64,000 bases of DNA from Armatimonadota bacterium (GCA_046292385.1 JBKBRF010000025.1:33662-97661), one strand, 5' to 3'. Positions 19,585 through 28,881 are shown, counted from the stretch's first letter. Notes: generated by a model not told the origin, from the sequence alone. Numbers and translations: made by a program.

Positions 19585-20559
19585 TCAGAGGTACGGAAGG
19601 AAGAGCTCGCTCACGCTGGAGCCCCGATGGATGCGGTCGATCGCCTCCGCCAGGAGCGGCGCGACGCTGAGCTGGACGAACTTGCTCTTCAGCTTGCCGT
19701 CCGGCTGCGCGATCGTGTCGGTCAGGATCACCTGCTCGACGGCCTCGCAGTATTCCAGGCGGTCGACCGCCGGCCCGGAGAGCACGCCGTGGGTGCACGC
19801 CACCAGGATCCGGGCGGCGCCGCGCTCCTTCAGCGCCTCCACGCCGCCGATGATCGAGCCGCCGGTGTCGATCATGTCGTCGATCACGACGCAGGTCTTG
19901 CCCTGCACCTCGCCGACCACGCTCACCACCTCGCTGCGGTTCGGCTCCGGCCGGCGCTTGTGGATGATCGCCAGGCCGGCGTCGAGCTGCTGCCCCAGCG
20001 CCTGGGCACGGCCGACCCCGCCCTCGTCCGGGGAGACGATGACGACGTTCGAGTCCTTGACGCCCTGGCTGATCAGGTAGTCCGCGATCAGCGGGCCGCC
20101 GTAGAGATGGTCGACCGGAATGGTGAAGAAGCCCTGGATCTGCTCCGCGTGGAGGTCGATCGCCAGGACGCGGTTGGCTCCGGCCAGGGTCAGCAGGTCC
20201 GCGATCAGGCGGGCGGTAATCGGCTCGCGCGGCTTGACCTTCTTATCCTGGCGGGCGTAGCCGTAGTACGGCATCACCACCGTGATCCGCTCCGCGGATG
20301 CGCGGCGGAGGGCGTCGAGGATGATGAGCAGCTCCATCACGTGCTCGTTCACCGGCGCCGACGTCGGCTGGATGACGAAGACATCCATGCCGCGCATGCT
20401 CTCCTCGATCTTCATCCGCACTTCGCCGTCGCTGAAGCGGGTGAGCAGCCGGCGGCACGGCTTCATGCCGAGGTGATTGGCAATCGCTTCGGCCAGCGCC
20501 TCGTGCGCGCCTCCGGAGAGCACCCGGAGGTTGTCTCCTTCAATGCCTGCGAATCCCAC
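19585..20559 (-). CDS. prs: Ribose-phosphate pyrophosphokinase
   Basis: FSDGE, PYYGYARQD, DLHAEQIQGFF, VSPDEGG, IDDMIDTGGS; GTG start at 20559 after GGAGG. Confidence 0.96.
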   Translation of the reverse strand: MGFAGIEGDNLRVLSGGAHEALAEAIANHLGMKPCRRLLTRFSDGEVRMKIEESMRGMDVFVIQPTSAPVNEHVMELLIILDALRRASAERITVVMPYYGYARQDKKVKPREPITARLIADLLTLAGANRVLAIDLHAEQIQGFFTIPVDHLYGGPLIADYLISQGVKDSNVVIVSPDEGGVGRAQALGQQLDAGLAIIHKRRPEPNRSEVVSVVGEVQGKTCVVIDDMIDTGGSIIGGVEALKERGAARILVACTHGVLSGPAVDRLEYCEAVEQVILTDTIAQPDGKLKSKFVQLSVAPLLAEAIDRIHRGSSVSELFLPYL

Positions 20560-20606
20560 GGTCTTGCCTCCCTCTGCGGGTGCGCTTGCGCTCTGCTGCT
20601 CCAGGA

Positions 20607-21998
20607 TCACTCTGCCCCCTCCAGCTCTCTCCGCTTCCGGGCCCAGCCGGCCTTGTTGACCTGCCGCGCCCGTCCAATGGCGAGATCGTCTGCCGGTACG
20701 TCTTCCGTCACCACGCTGCCGGCCGCCACGAAGGAGCCGTCGCCCACGGAGACCGGCGCCACCAGCGTGGCGTGGCTGCCGACGAACGCCCGCCGGCCGA
20801 TCTCCGTGCGGTGCTTGTGCTTGCCGTCGTAGTTGCAGGTGATGGTGCCGGCACCGATGTTCGTCTTCTCCCCTACGAAGGCGTCGCCGATGTAGGCGAG
20901 GTGTCCCATGGAGGCGCCATCTTCCACCTCCGCCTTCTTCAGCTCCACGAAGTTCCCGATCTTGACCTTCCGGCCCACGCGGCAGCCGGGTCGGAGCTGC
21001 GCGAACGGCCCGATCTTGCACTCGTCGCCGACCGTGCTGTCGGTCAGCACCGCCTGCTGCACGGAGACCCGGTCGCCTAGGACGCAGCCGGTGATCCGGG
21101 CTCCCGGCCCGATCTCGCACTCCTCGCCGATCTCCGTCGCGCCGCTCAAGAAGGTCATCGGCCGGATCACGGTGTCGATGCCGATCCGGACGCCCGGCTC
21201 GATGTAGGTGGTGGCCGGGTCCTCGATCGTCACGCCGGCGCGCATCTGCTCCACCAGCACCCGCTTCCGGATGATGGCGGTCGCGGCGGCGAGCTCCACG
21301 CGGTCGTTAATACTCAGCCCTACCCGCGGATCGTCGGCCGTCACGCACTCCACGCGCTCTCCGCCCTCGGAGAGGAGGCGGATCACCTCGGTCAGGTAGA
21401 TCTCACCGGTGGCGGCGTCCGGCTCTACCCGGGAGAGCGTTTCCCAGAGCCGGGCGGAATCGAAAACGTAGGCGCCGGCGTTGATCTCCCGGACCGCCAG
21501 CACCTCCGGCGCGGCGCCGCGCGCCTCCACGACGGCGCGGACGGAGCCGTCCTCCGCCCGGACCACTCGCCCGTAGCTGGCGGGGTCCTCCGGGGTCACC
21601 GCCAGCAGCGTGCAGGCGGCTCCGGTCTGGGCATGCCGTTCGCAGAGACGGGAGACAACCTCGTCCGTCAGCAGCGCGTTATCCGCCTGCAGCACCAGGA
21701 TGGCGCCGCGGGTCTCCTCCAGGCGGGAGCGCGCCGCCAGGACCGCGTGCCCGGTGCCGCGCGGCTCCGCCTGCACCACGTGCTCCAGCTCCGGCCCCAG
21801 CGCCTCGCGCACGGCGTCCGCCTCGTGCCCCACCACCAGCACCAGCCGCGGGATCCCCAGCCGCCGGCAGATCTCCAGGGGGTAGGCGCCCATCGGCTTC
21901 CCGAGAATCCGGTGGGTCGCCTTGGGATAGCGGGACCGCATCCGCGTACCCTTGCCGGCGGCGAGCAGCAGGGCGGCGGAAGGGGTTTGGCTGGACAT
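20607..21998 (-). CDS. glmU: Bifunctional UDP-GlcNAc pyrophosphorylase/glucosamine-1-P acetyltransferase
   Basis: LAAGKGTRMRS..PK, GTGHA, EINAG.Y, GNFVELK, HLAYIGDA, GAGTITCNYDG. Confidence 0.96.
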   Translation of the reverse strand: MSSQTPSAALLLAAGKGTRMRSRYPKATHRILGKPMGAYPLEICRRLGIPRLVLVVGHEADAVREALGPELEHVVQAEPRGTGHAVLAARSRLEETRGAILVLQADNALLTDEVVSRLCERHAQTGAACTLLAVTPEDPASYGRVVRAEDGSVRAVVEARGAAPEVLAVREINAGAYVFDSARLWETLSRVEPDAATGEIYLTEVIRLLSEGGERVECVTADDPRVGLSINDRVELAAATAIIRKRVLVEQMRAGVTIEDPATTYIEPGVRIGIDTVIRPMTFLSGATEIGEECEIGPGARITGCVLGDRVSVQQAVLTDSTVGDECKIGPFAQLRPGCRVGRKVKIGNFVELKKAEVEDGASMGHLAYIGDAFVGEKTNIGAGTITCNYDGKHKHRTEIGRRAFVGSHATLVAPVSVGDGSFVAAGSVVTEDVPADDLAIGRARQVNKAGWARKRRELEGAE

Positions 21999-22320
21999 GA
22001 GCGCGTTCTCCGCGGTCGGAACTCGGCGCCATCCAGGGGGCGTGCCGCCGGTCGCAGCGCGACGGCCCGGCGGCGACAGTACCGCTTCACCACCGCCAGC
22101 GCAGGGTGGCGCGACGGCACCCCACGGCTGCGACGTGGAGAGTGTATCACCCGGGCCGAGACATCCGCCAAGCGCGCGGCCGGGCCGAGAGGAGGGCGCC
22201 GCCGGGAGCCGGGCGAGCGAGACCGCCGGCTCGCCGCACGCGCGCAGCCAGGGCTGCCAGTCCCGGGCGGCTCCGGGACGGTGCGGACGACGAGAGCGGC
22301 GGCCTCGCGGGAATCTGGCG

Positions 22321-22857
22321 CTACTTCGGGGAGAGCAGCATCGTCATCCGGCGGCCTTCCAGCACCGGAGGGCGCTCCACCACGGCGACGTCGGCCAGCG
22401 CCGTGGTCAACCGCTCCATCTGCTTCCGGGCAACCTCGGGATGGCTCATCTCGCGACCGCGGAAGATCAGGGTCACCTGGACCTTGTTGCCTTCCTCGAT
22501 GAAGCGGCGCGCGTCCTTCACGCGGTACTCGATGTCGTGCTCTTCCGTGCCGTACCGCATGCGGATGCCCTTCACGTCGACCGTGTGGGACTTCTTCTTG
22601 GTCTCGCGCTGCTTCTTGGCCTGGTCGTACTTGTACTTCCCATAGTCCAGGATGCGGCAGACCGGGGGTTGGGCCGTCGGCGAGATCTCGACCAGGTCGA
22701 GCCCCTGGTCCTGCGCGAGCTGGAGCGCGCGGCGCGTCTCCATCACGCCGAGCTGGTTGCCCTCCGCGTCGATGACGCGGACTTCCGGCACACGAATGCG
22801 GAAGTTGAGACGTGGCCCCATGTCGCGCGGGCCGCGTCGATCGTTGAAGCGGTTGAT
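22321..22857 (-). CDS. infC: Translation initiation factor IF-3, probable non-canonical ATC start
   Basis: IRVPEVRVID, LDLVEISP.AQPPVCRILDYGKYKY, FRGREMSH; RBS AAGGAAGGT 5' of an in-frame ATC at 22857. Confidence 0.93.
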   Translation of the reverse strand: MNRFNDRRGPRDMGPRLNFRIRVPEVRVIDAEGNQLGVMETRRALQLAQDQGLDLVEISPTAQPPVCRILDYGKYKYDQAKKQRETKKKSHTVDVKGIRMRYGTEEHDIEYRVKDARRFIEEGNKVQVTLIFRGREMSHPEVARKQMERLTTALADVAVVERPPVLEGRRMTMLLSPK

Positions 22858-23025
22858 AGGTGACCTTCCTTTTTCGACCGCCGCGACCGATATCGCGGCG
22901 GGGAACCACTCCGCACACGCCCCAGGGCGGTGCGGACAACGGAGAGAGCTATCGATAGCGTTGCACTCTCTCCTACCCGGAATCCTTCCGAATCCCGCCC
23001 CAAAACGGGGCAGAAAACCGGGAAG

Positions 23026-23054
23026 AGTATAGCGTAGCCTTCTTTCAGCCGCAA
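23026..23054 (-). promoter_or_regulatory. Sigma-70 promoter for infC
   Basis: TTGCGG-N17-TATACT on the minus strand. Confidence 0.6.
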
Positions 23055-23180
23055 TGGCCTGGCAGCGGCCTCTTCTCACTGCGAAGGCGTGTCCGAACGA
23101 ACGCGAAGGCGCGAAGATGGCGAAGGACGCGAAGGGAACCGCAACGGACCAGTGCGGCTGCGCGGAGATAGGATGGTTCC

Positions 23181-23232
23181 TGAGCCCGCGCAGGCGGGCT
23201 TCGCTCTGAGTAGCGCCGAGTTTACTCGCGCG
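23181..23232. repeat. REP-like element
   Basis: TGAGCCCGCGCAGGCGGGCTTCG...GTAGCGCCGAGTTTACTCG; related to the reverse complement of 52439-52488. Confidence 0.65.
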
Positions 23233-23270
23233 AGCCGACGCATTCCGGCGGACACTTCCCCCGTTCGCGA

Positions 23271-24383
23271 TCAGAACCGCGTGAGCCGGAATCGGGAGAG
23301 GTCGTGGCCCGGGTCGGCGTCTTCGGCCAGGCGCGCGGCGATCTGCCCCAGCAGCACGGTGAACTTGAAGCCGTGGCCGGAAAGCCCGCCGATGAAGACC
23401 ACCCGGGGCTCTCCCGGGAGCCGGTCGACGATGAAGTCCTCGTCCGGCGTCATCGTGTAGAGACAGACCTTGCTGAACGTCACCGGCCCGTCCGCCCCGG
23501 GAAGACGGCGCCGGACGTAGCGCCGCAGGTCGTCGTTGACCTCCGACCGGGGCTCGCGGTCCGGGGAGTCCGGATCGAGTGGCGGGCCGGGCCGGTGTAG
23601 GGCGACCTTGACCCCGGGAATCACCCCGTCCAGCGGAAAGCCGTAGTAGTGGCTCTCCATGTCGATCCAGACCGGGAACCGGTCGGACTCGAACGCCCCC
23701 GCGTGAACGCCCGGCTCGAAATGGGCGTACTGCTGCCGCGTGGGCGTCAGGGGCAGCCGCACGCGGTCCGCGAGCAGCGGCCCGGTCCAGGGCCCGGCCG
23801 TAGCGACCACGCGGTCGAACTCCTCGCCCCCGCCGTCCCAGCTGAGCCGCACGCCGCTCGTCCCGCTCTCGATCGCTTCCACCGCCACTCCGAAGCGCAG
23901 CTCCGCTCCGTGAGCCCGAGCGCCCCGCGCGTTGGTCTGCACGCAGCGGGAAGCGCGCACGAAGCCGCTCTGGGCGTCGAAAAGCGCGTACTCCGCGGAG
24001 GAGAGGCGGAACGGCGGGACGCGCTCCTGGGCGTCGCGGGCGCTCAGCCGCTCGTACGGCACGCCGACGGTCCGGAGCGCCGCCTCGGTCGCCGCCATCT
24101 CGGGGTGGCCTTCGGTACCGAAGTAGAGGCCTCCACAGCGCCGGAACAGCTCCTCCCCCGCCTCGCGCTCCAGCTCTTCCCACAGCGGGTAGGCCGCCTC
24201 CATCAGCGCGGCGTAGAGCGGGTCCGGGTAGACCTTGCGGATCACGCGCGAGGCGCCGAACGAGCTGCCGCGGTCGTGGTCGAGCTCGAATTGCTCGAAC
24301 CCGACCACGCGGTGTCCCCCCGCCGCCAGGAAGCGGGCCGCGGCGGTGCCGACGCCTCCCAGGCCTAGAATCGCCACGCGCAT
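23271..24383 (-). CDS. solA: Monomeric sarcosine oxidase / N-methyl-L-tryptophan oxidase family flavoprotein
   Basis: GLGGVG FAD motif, HDRGSSFGASRVIR, CLYTMTPDEDFIVD, SGHGFKF. Confidence 0.88.
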   Translation of the reverse strand: MRVAILGLGGVGTAAARFLAAGGHRVVGFEQFELDHDRGSSFGASRVIRKVYPDPLYAALMEAAYPLWEELEREAGEELFRRCGGLYFGTEGHPEMAATEAALRTVGVPYERLSARDAQERVPPFRLSSAEYALFDAQSGFVRASRCVQTNARGARAHGAELRFGVAVEAIESGTSGVRLSWDGGGEEFDRVVATAGPWTGPLLADRVRLPLTPTRQQYAHFEPGVHAGAFESDRFPVWIDMESHYYGFPLDGVIPGVKVALHRPGPPLDPDSPDREPRSEVNDDLRRYVRRRLPGADGPVTFSKVCLYTMTPDEDFIVDRLPGEPRVVFIGGLSGHGFKFTVLLGQIAARLAEDADPGHDLSRFRLTRF

Positions 24384-24474
24384 GGTAGGAACACTCCAGG
24401 CTGCCGCCATCCTGCTCCGGCTGCGCAGAACCGGGCGGGGGCGGGTAACATGGCAGACGGTGAGACAAGAACGG

Positions 24475-25224
24475 ATGCGGGTCCTTACCTATAATATCGC
24501 CGGCAACCGGGGCCGCGGCCGGGAGCACCTGGAGCAGGTAGCCGAGCTGGTGCTGCGGACCGGAGCGGACCTGGTGGGTCTGCAGGAAGTGATTCACCGG
24601 AACGGTCACGCGGCCCCCGAGGAAGAGCTGGCCCAGATGACGGGGATGCACGCCTGCTACCTGCCGGCGCACCAGCACCGCCGCTACACGCTGGGCAACG
24701 CGGTCCTCTGCCGGGACCCGATCCTGAAAACCGTCTCTCACGACCTGCCCCACCCCTGGCCGGAGCGCCGGGTGCTGCTGGAAGTGGAGACCACGGCGCA
24801 CGGCCTCCCGGTGACGGTCTTCTGCACCCACCTGGTGCACATGGCGCGGGTGGCGCGCCGCTTCCGGCTGGCGCAGGCGACCGCGGTGGCGAAACGGATG
24901 TCCGAATGCTGGCGCCCCCACGTGCTGGTGGGCGACCTCAATACCGCGCCGCACTCGCACGAGCTGCACCCGGTGCGGGAGCTGGGCGGCGTGGACGATC
25001 ACCTGGCCGGCCTCTCCACCTGGCCGGCGCGCCGCCCCTGGGTCCTGTACGACCATATCTGGCCCGGACCCGGGTGGGCGGTCGAGCAGATCGAGGCGCT
25101 GGATCCGCACCTCTCGGACCACCGCCCGCTGCTGGCGCAGCTCGGCTGGAAAGGCGCGCCGAAGTACAACATCATGCCGGACGCGCAGTACCTGCCGCCG
25201 CGCCCGGCGCACGTGGAGCGATAG
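24475..25224 (+). CDS. Endonuclease/exonuclease/phosphatase family protein
   Basis: RVLTYNI, DLVGLQEV, GNAVL, THL, GDLN, YDHI, SDHRP. Confidence 0.9.
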   Translation: MRVLTYNIAGNRGRGREHLEQVAELVLRTGADLVGLQEVIHRNGHAAPEEELAQMTGMHACYLPAHQHRRYTLGNAVLCRDPILKTVSHDLPHPWPERRVLLEVETTAHGLPVTVFCTHLVHMARVARRFRLAQATAVAKRMSECWRPHVLVGDLNTAPHSHELHPVRELGGVDDHLAGLSTWPARRPWVLYDHIWPGPGWAVEQIEALDPHLSDHRPLLAQLGWKGAPKYNIMPDAQYLPPRPAHVER

Positions 25225-25227
25225 GCC

Positions 25228-25995
25228 GTGCCCCCCGGCGGTGCAGGCGCGCTCACCCTCACGCTCGGCGGCAACGCGGCGGTGCTGCTGCAGGCGGACA
25301 ATCTGCGGGTGGCGACCGATCCGTGGCTCTCCGACCGCATCGGGCCCTGGAGCCGCTGGCGACCCGCGGGTCTCCGGCCGGAGGAGCTCGCCCCTCTCGA
25401 TGCCCTGCTGATCTCTCACGCCCACCCGGACCACCTCGACCTGCGCTCCCTGCGCGACCTGCCGCCCGAGACGCCGGTCCTTACCCCGGGCGGCACGCCG
25501 CTCCGCGCGCTCACCCGCGCCGGGTTCCGGAACGTCTTCCCGCAGCGGGAGTGGGAGCCGTGGGAGCGGGAGCGGCTGCGAGTCACCGCGGTGCCCTCGA
25601 TCCACACGCGCTGGTCGCTCGGCTACGTGGTCGAGCTTGGCGGCACCCGCGTCTACTTCGCCGGCGACGCTGGACCCGGCACGCCGTTCGGCGAGATCGC
25701 CCGGCGCTGCGGCCCGATCGACGTGGCGCTGATCCCGGTCGGCGGCTCCGCCCTCGCGCCCGGCCCGTTCCAGCGCCACCTGACCCCCCGCATGGCCGCG
25801 GAGGCGACCGCCGAGCTGCGGCCGTCCGTCGTCGTTCCGATGCACTGGGGGCACGTCCCCTGCGTCCCCGCCTGGCTCGACCGCTTCCGCGGCACCGCCG
25901 AGCGGTTCCGGACGGAGCTGGAAGCGCGCTCCCTCGAGACTCGCCTGCTGCTGCCCGAAGAGGGCGTGCCGACCCCGGTTCCGCTGCGGAGATGA
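25228..25995 (+). CDS. MBL-fold metallohydrolase
   Basis: TDPW, ISHAHPDHLD, YFAGD, VVPMHWG. Confidence 0.9.
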   Translation: MPPGGAGALTLTLGGNAAVLLQADNLRVATDPWLSDRIGPWSRWRPAGLRPEELAPLDALLISHAHPDHLDLRSLRDLPPETPVLTPGGTPLRALTRAGFRNVFPQREWEPWERERLRVTAVPSIHTRWSLGYVVELGGTRVYFAGDAGPGTPFGEIARRCGPIDVALIPVGGSALAPGPFQRHLTPRMAAEATAELRPSVVVPMHWGHVPCVPAWLDRFRGTAERFRTELEARSLETRLLLPEEGVPTPVPLRR

Positions 25996-26228
25996 GCCGC
26001 AGTCAACTCACCCGTCGGCGGCCGGGTCACGTCCGGGATCGCGGGCGCACCGCAGCAGCTCCACCTCTTCCTTGAAACGGAACCCTGTGGAGCGAAGCCT
26101 GAGGGGCGAGCAGGGGGTATTCTGAGAAACGGCGGCGGGGCTGAGCTGCGTAAAGGATTTTGGGGTGCGGCCGGCGGCCCGTCAACCAACTCTCAACCGA
26201 CTGCCGGCGCGGCGGCGGGTCTATCTGC

Positions 26229-26257
26229 TTGACCCCCTGGCCGCGGGTCAATAGAGT
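26229..26257 (+). promoter_or_regulatory. Sigma-70 promoter overlapped by a TTGACCC-N9-GGGTCAA palindrome
   Basis: TTGACC-N17-TAGAGT; perfect 7-bp inverted repeat at 26229-26235/26245-26251. Confidence 0.55.
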
Positions 26258-26303
26258 GGTAGCGGTAGGGCTGCCGCCCGACCGGTCCCGAGGAGTTTTC
26301 CGG

Positions 26304-28289
26304 ATGGCGATTCGACCTGCGCTCCTTACGCTTTCGCTGGTGATCACGCCGGCGCTGGTGATCTACGCGGCCGAGCCGGTCGGCAGCAAGCCTGCCGCCG
26401 CCAAAAAGGCGGCGAAGCCCGCGGCGAGCGAGCCGAAGGCGAAGAAGGTCGACTTCGCTCGCGACGTCACCGCGGTGCTCAAGAAGTACTGCTACAGCTG
26501 CCACAACTCGAAGCAGGAGATCGCCAGCGTCAACCTGGAGCTGCTCACCTCGCAGAAGTCGCTCGCCGAGAAGCGCGACGTCTGGGAGAAGGTGCTCCAC
26601 GTGATGAAGGCGAGCACCATGCCGCCTCGCAACCTGCCGCAGCCGACCAAGGCGGAGCGGGAGCGCCTCTCCACCTGGCTCGACGCGCAGCTCTTCGCCG
26701 TCAACTGCGACCTGAAGGACCCGGGCCGGGTCACGATGCGGCGCCTCAACCGCGTGGAGTACGACAACACGGTCCGCGACCTGACCGGTCTCGACGTGAA
26801 GCCGTCCGAGCTCTTCCCCTCCGACGACGTCGGCTACGGCTTCGACAACATCGGCGACGTGCTCACCATCTCGCCGCTGCTGATGGAGAAGTACCTGAAC
26901 GCGGCGGAGGAGATCGCCGACCGGGCGATCGTCACGCCCGAGTCCCGCGGCGGCAAGCTGCCGGCGGAGCTGCCGGAATCCCACAGGCGGATCATCACCA
27001 CCGCCGCCGCGCCGGACGCCTCGCTGGACGACAAGAAGAAGGCGGCGCGCGCCTCCCTGGCGGAGTTCGGCCGCCGCGCCTACCGCCGCCCGCTGCAGGA
27101 CGGCGAGCTGGACCGCCTGGTCAAGATCGTCGAGCTCTCGGTCAAGGACGGCGACAGCTTCGAGCGCGGAATGCAGCTCGCCACGCAGGCGGTGCTCGTC
27201 TCCCCGCACTTCCTCTTCCGGGTGGAGCTGGACGGTAAGGACAAGGATCCGGCTAAGGCGCGCGACCTGAACGGCTACGAGCTGGCGAGCCGCCTCTCCT
27301 ACTTCCTCTGGAGCACCATGCCGGACGACGAGCTGTTCCGGCTGGCGGAGAGCGGCACGCTGACCCAGCCGAAGGTGCTGGAAGCCCAGGTCCGCCGCAT
27401 GCTCGCGCACGAGAAGGCGTGGGCGCTGGTGGAGAACTTCGGCGAGCAGTGGCTGACGCTGCGGACGCTGAAGACCGCCAGCCCGGACCCGAAGCAGTTC
27501 CCCACCTTCAACGACCAGCTCCGGGACGCGATGCTGACCGAGACGCACATGTTCTTCCAGTCGATCCTGAAGGAAGACAAGAGCGTCCTCGACTTCATCG
27601 ACGGCAACTACACCTACCTGAACGAGCCGCTCGCGAAGCACTACGGCATCGACTTCGTGAAGGGCGACCACTTCCGCAAGGTGGTGCTCACCAACGACCA
27701 GCGCCGCGGCGTGCTGACCCAGGCGAGCATCCTCACCATCACCTCCAACCCGACGCGGACCTCGCCGGTGAAGCGCGGCAAGTGGGTGCTGGAGCAGATC
27801 CTCGGCACCCCGCCGCCCCCGCCGCCGCCGAACGTGCCGGAGCTGGAAGAGGCGAAGGAAGGCCAGGTGCTGAAGGGCACGCTGCGCGAGCGGATGGAGC
27901 AGCACCGGGCGGACCCCGGCTGCGCTTCCTGCCACTTGCGGATGGACGCACTCGGATTCGGGCTGGAGAACTTCGACCCGATCGGCGCGTGGCGTGAAAA
28001 GGATGGCGAGGACCCGATCGACGCCTCCGGCACGCTTCCGTCCGGCGAGGAGTTCAAGACGCCGGTCGAGCTGATCCAGATCCTCAAGGGCGAGAAGGAG
28101 CAGTTCGTCACCCACCTCGCCGGCCAGCTCCTCACGTTCGGCCTCGGCCGCGGCCTGGAGTACTACGACCGCTGCGCCGTCGACGAGATGGTGGCGAAGG
28201 CCGCCAAGGATAACTACCGCTTCTCCACCCTCATCATGGAGATCGTCAAGAGCGACCCGTTCCGGAAGAAGCGGGGAGACGGGAATTAA
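26304..28289 (+). CDS. DUF1587/DUF1592/DUF1588/DUF1585/DUF1595 cytochrome c protein
   Basis: CYSCH, RRLNRVEYDNTVRDL, ELASRLSYFLWSTMPD, TSPVKRGKWVL, CASCH..MD.LGFGLENFDPIG. Confidence 0.92.
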   Translation: MAIRPALLTLSLVITPALVIYAAEPVGSKPAAAKKAAKPAASEPKAKKVDFARDVTAVLKKYCYSCHNSKQEIASVNLELLTSQKSLAEKRDVWEKVLHVMKASTMPPRNLPQPTKAERERLSTWLDAQLFAVNCDLKDPGRVTMRRLNRVEYDNTVRDLTGLDVKPSELFPSDDVGYGFDNIGDVLTISPLLMEKYLNAAEEIADRAIVTPESRGGKLPAELPESHRRIITTAAAPDASLDDKKKAARASLAEFGRRAYRRPLQDGELDRLVKIVELSVKDGDSFERGMQLATQAVLVSPHFLFRVELDGKDKDPAKARDLNGYELASRLSYFLWSTMPDDELFRLAESGTLTQPKVLEAQVRRMLAHEKAWALVENFGEQWLTLRTLKTASPDPKQFPTFNDQLRDAMLTETHMFFQSILKEDKSVLDFIDGNYTYLNEPLAKHYGIDFVKGDHFRKVVLTNDQRRGVLTQASILTITSNPTRTSPVKRGKWVLEQILGTPPPPPPPNVPELEEAKEGQVLKGTLRERMEQHRADPGCASCHLRMDALGFGLENFDPIGAWREKDGEDPIDASGTLPSGEEFKTPVELIQILKGEKEQFVTHLAGQLLTFGLGRGLEYYDRCAVDEMVAKAAKDNYRFSTLIMEIVKSDPFRKKRGDGN

Positions 28290-28342
28290 AGGCAAAAGGC
28301 TAAAGGCAGAAGGCTAAAGGGGCTGAAGGCAGAGGCTGAAGG
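28287..28342. repeat. Heptamer tandem repeat (NNAAGGC) starting at the DUF1592 gene stop codon
   Basis: TAAAGGC AAAAGGC TAAAGGC AGAAGGC TAAAGGG GC TGAAGGC AGAGGC TGAAGG. Confidence 0.88.
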
Positions 28343-28365
28343 TTCACGCCCGCCGGAACCGCTGG

Positions 28366-28695
28366 CGTCCGGAGGAGCAGCCGGAGGCTGGGCCGGAGGA
28401 CGGCACTTGTGACCACCCCTGGGCGCCAGGGGTGGTTGCTCGAAGGGCCGGGATTCAGCCCGTGAACCGAGCTACGGTTGAGATCCGTAGCTGCGGCGCG
28501 GGAAAAGCCTGCCGAGGTGAACTCCCGGAGCGGCCCGCTAACGGAGCGAAGCGGAGTGTGAAAGGGCCGGCGGAGGGCCGACGCCGCGGGAGGGCTGAAT
28601 CCCGGCACAAGGGCGCGGGGTCGGACACTCGGAATGGACGCCGCCGGGCGGAAGGCGTCGTAAAGCTCTGGTGTCAGGGTTCGAGCCGGACAGAT
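28366..28695 (+). ncRNA. Unidentified structured RNA/repeat element, copy 2
   Basis: 15-bp long-range helix 28447-28461/28592-28606 and motifs collinear with 13246-13555. Confidence 0.65.
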
Positions 28696-28881
28696 GACGC
28701 TGTCGCCGAGCAAGCTCCGCCCGCGGCCCCGACAACTTTGGCTTCGCTGGCGGCTCGCACTCTGTTCGCAGGGTTTTCGCCGGGAAACCTAAAACAACTC
28801 AACGGCGGGCTCGCTCGCCCGGTGTCCTAGATCGGGTATAGGGTAGATACGAGTATTCCCTTCGGTAACGAGGAAGCGTGC

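Noticed and set aside
21999..22320. tRNA or rpmI between infC and glmU
   Set aside because: No cloverleaf or TTCGA arm and no L35-like ORF
28683..28717. Group II intron domain V-like hairpin GAGCCGGACAG...CTGTCGCCG
   Set aside because: No GNRA loop, broken lower stem, absent from copy 1, and no RT nearby; an intron cannot be called
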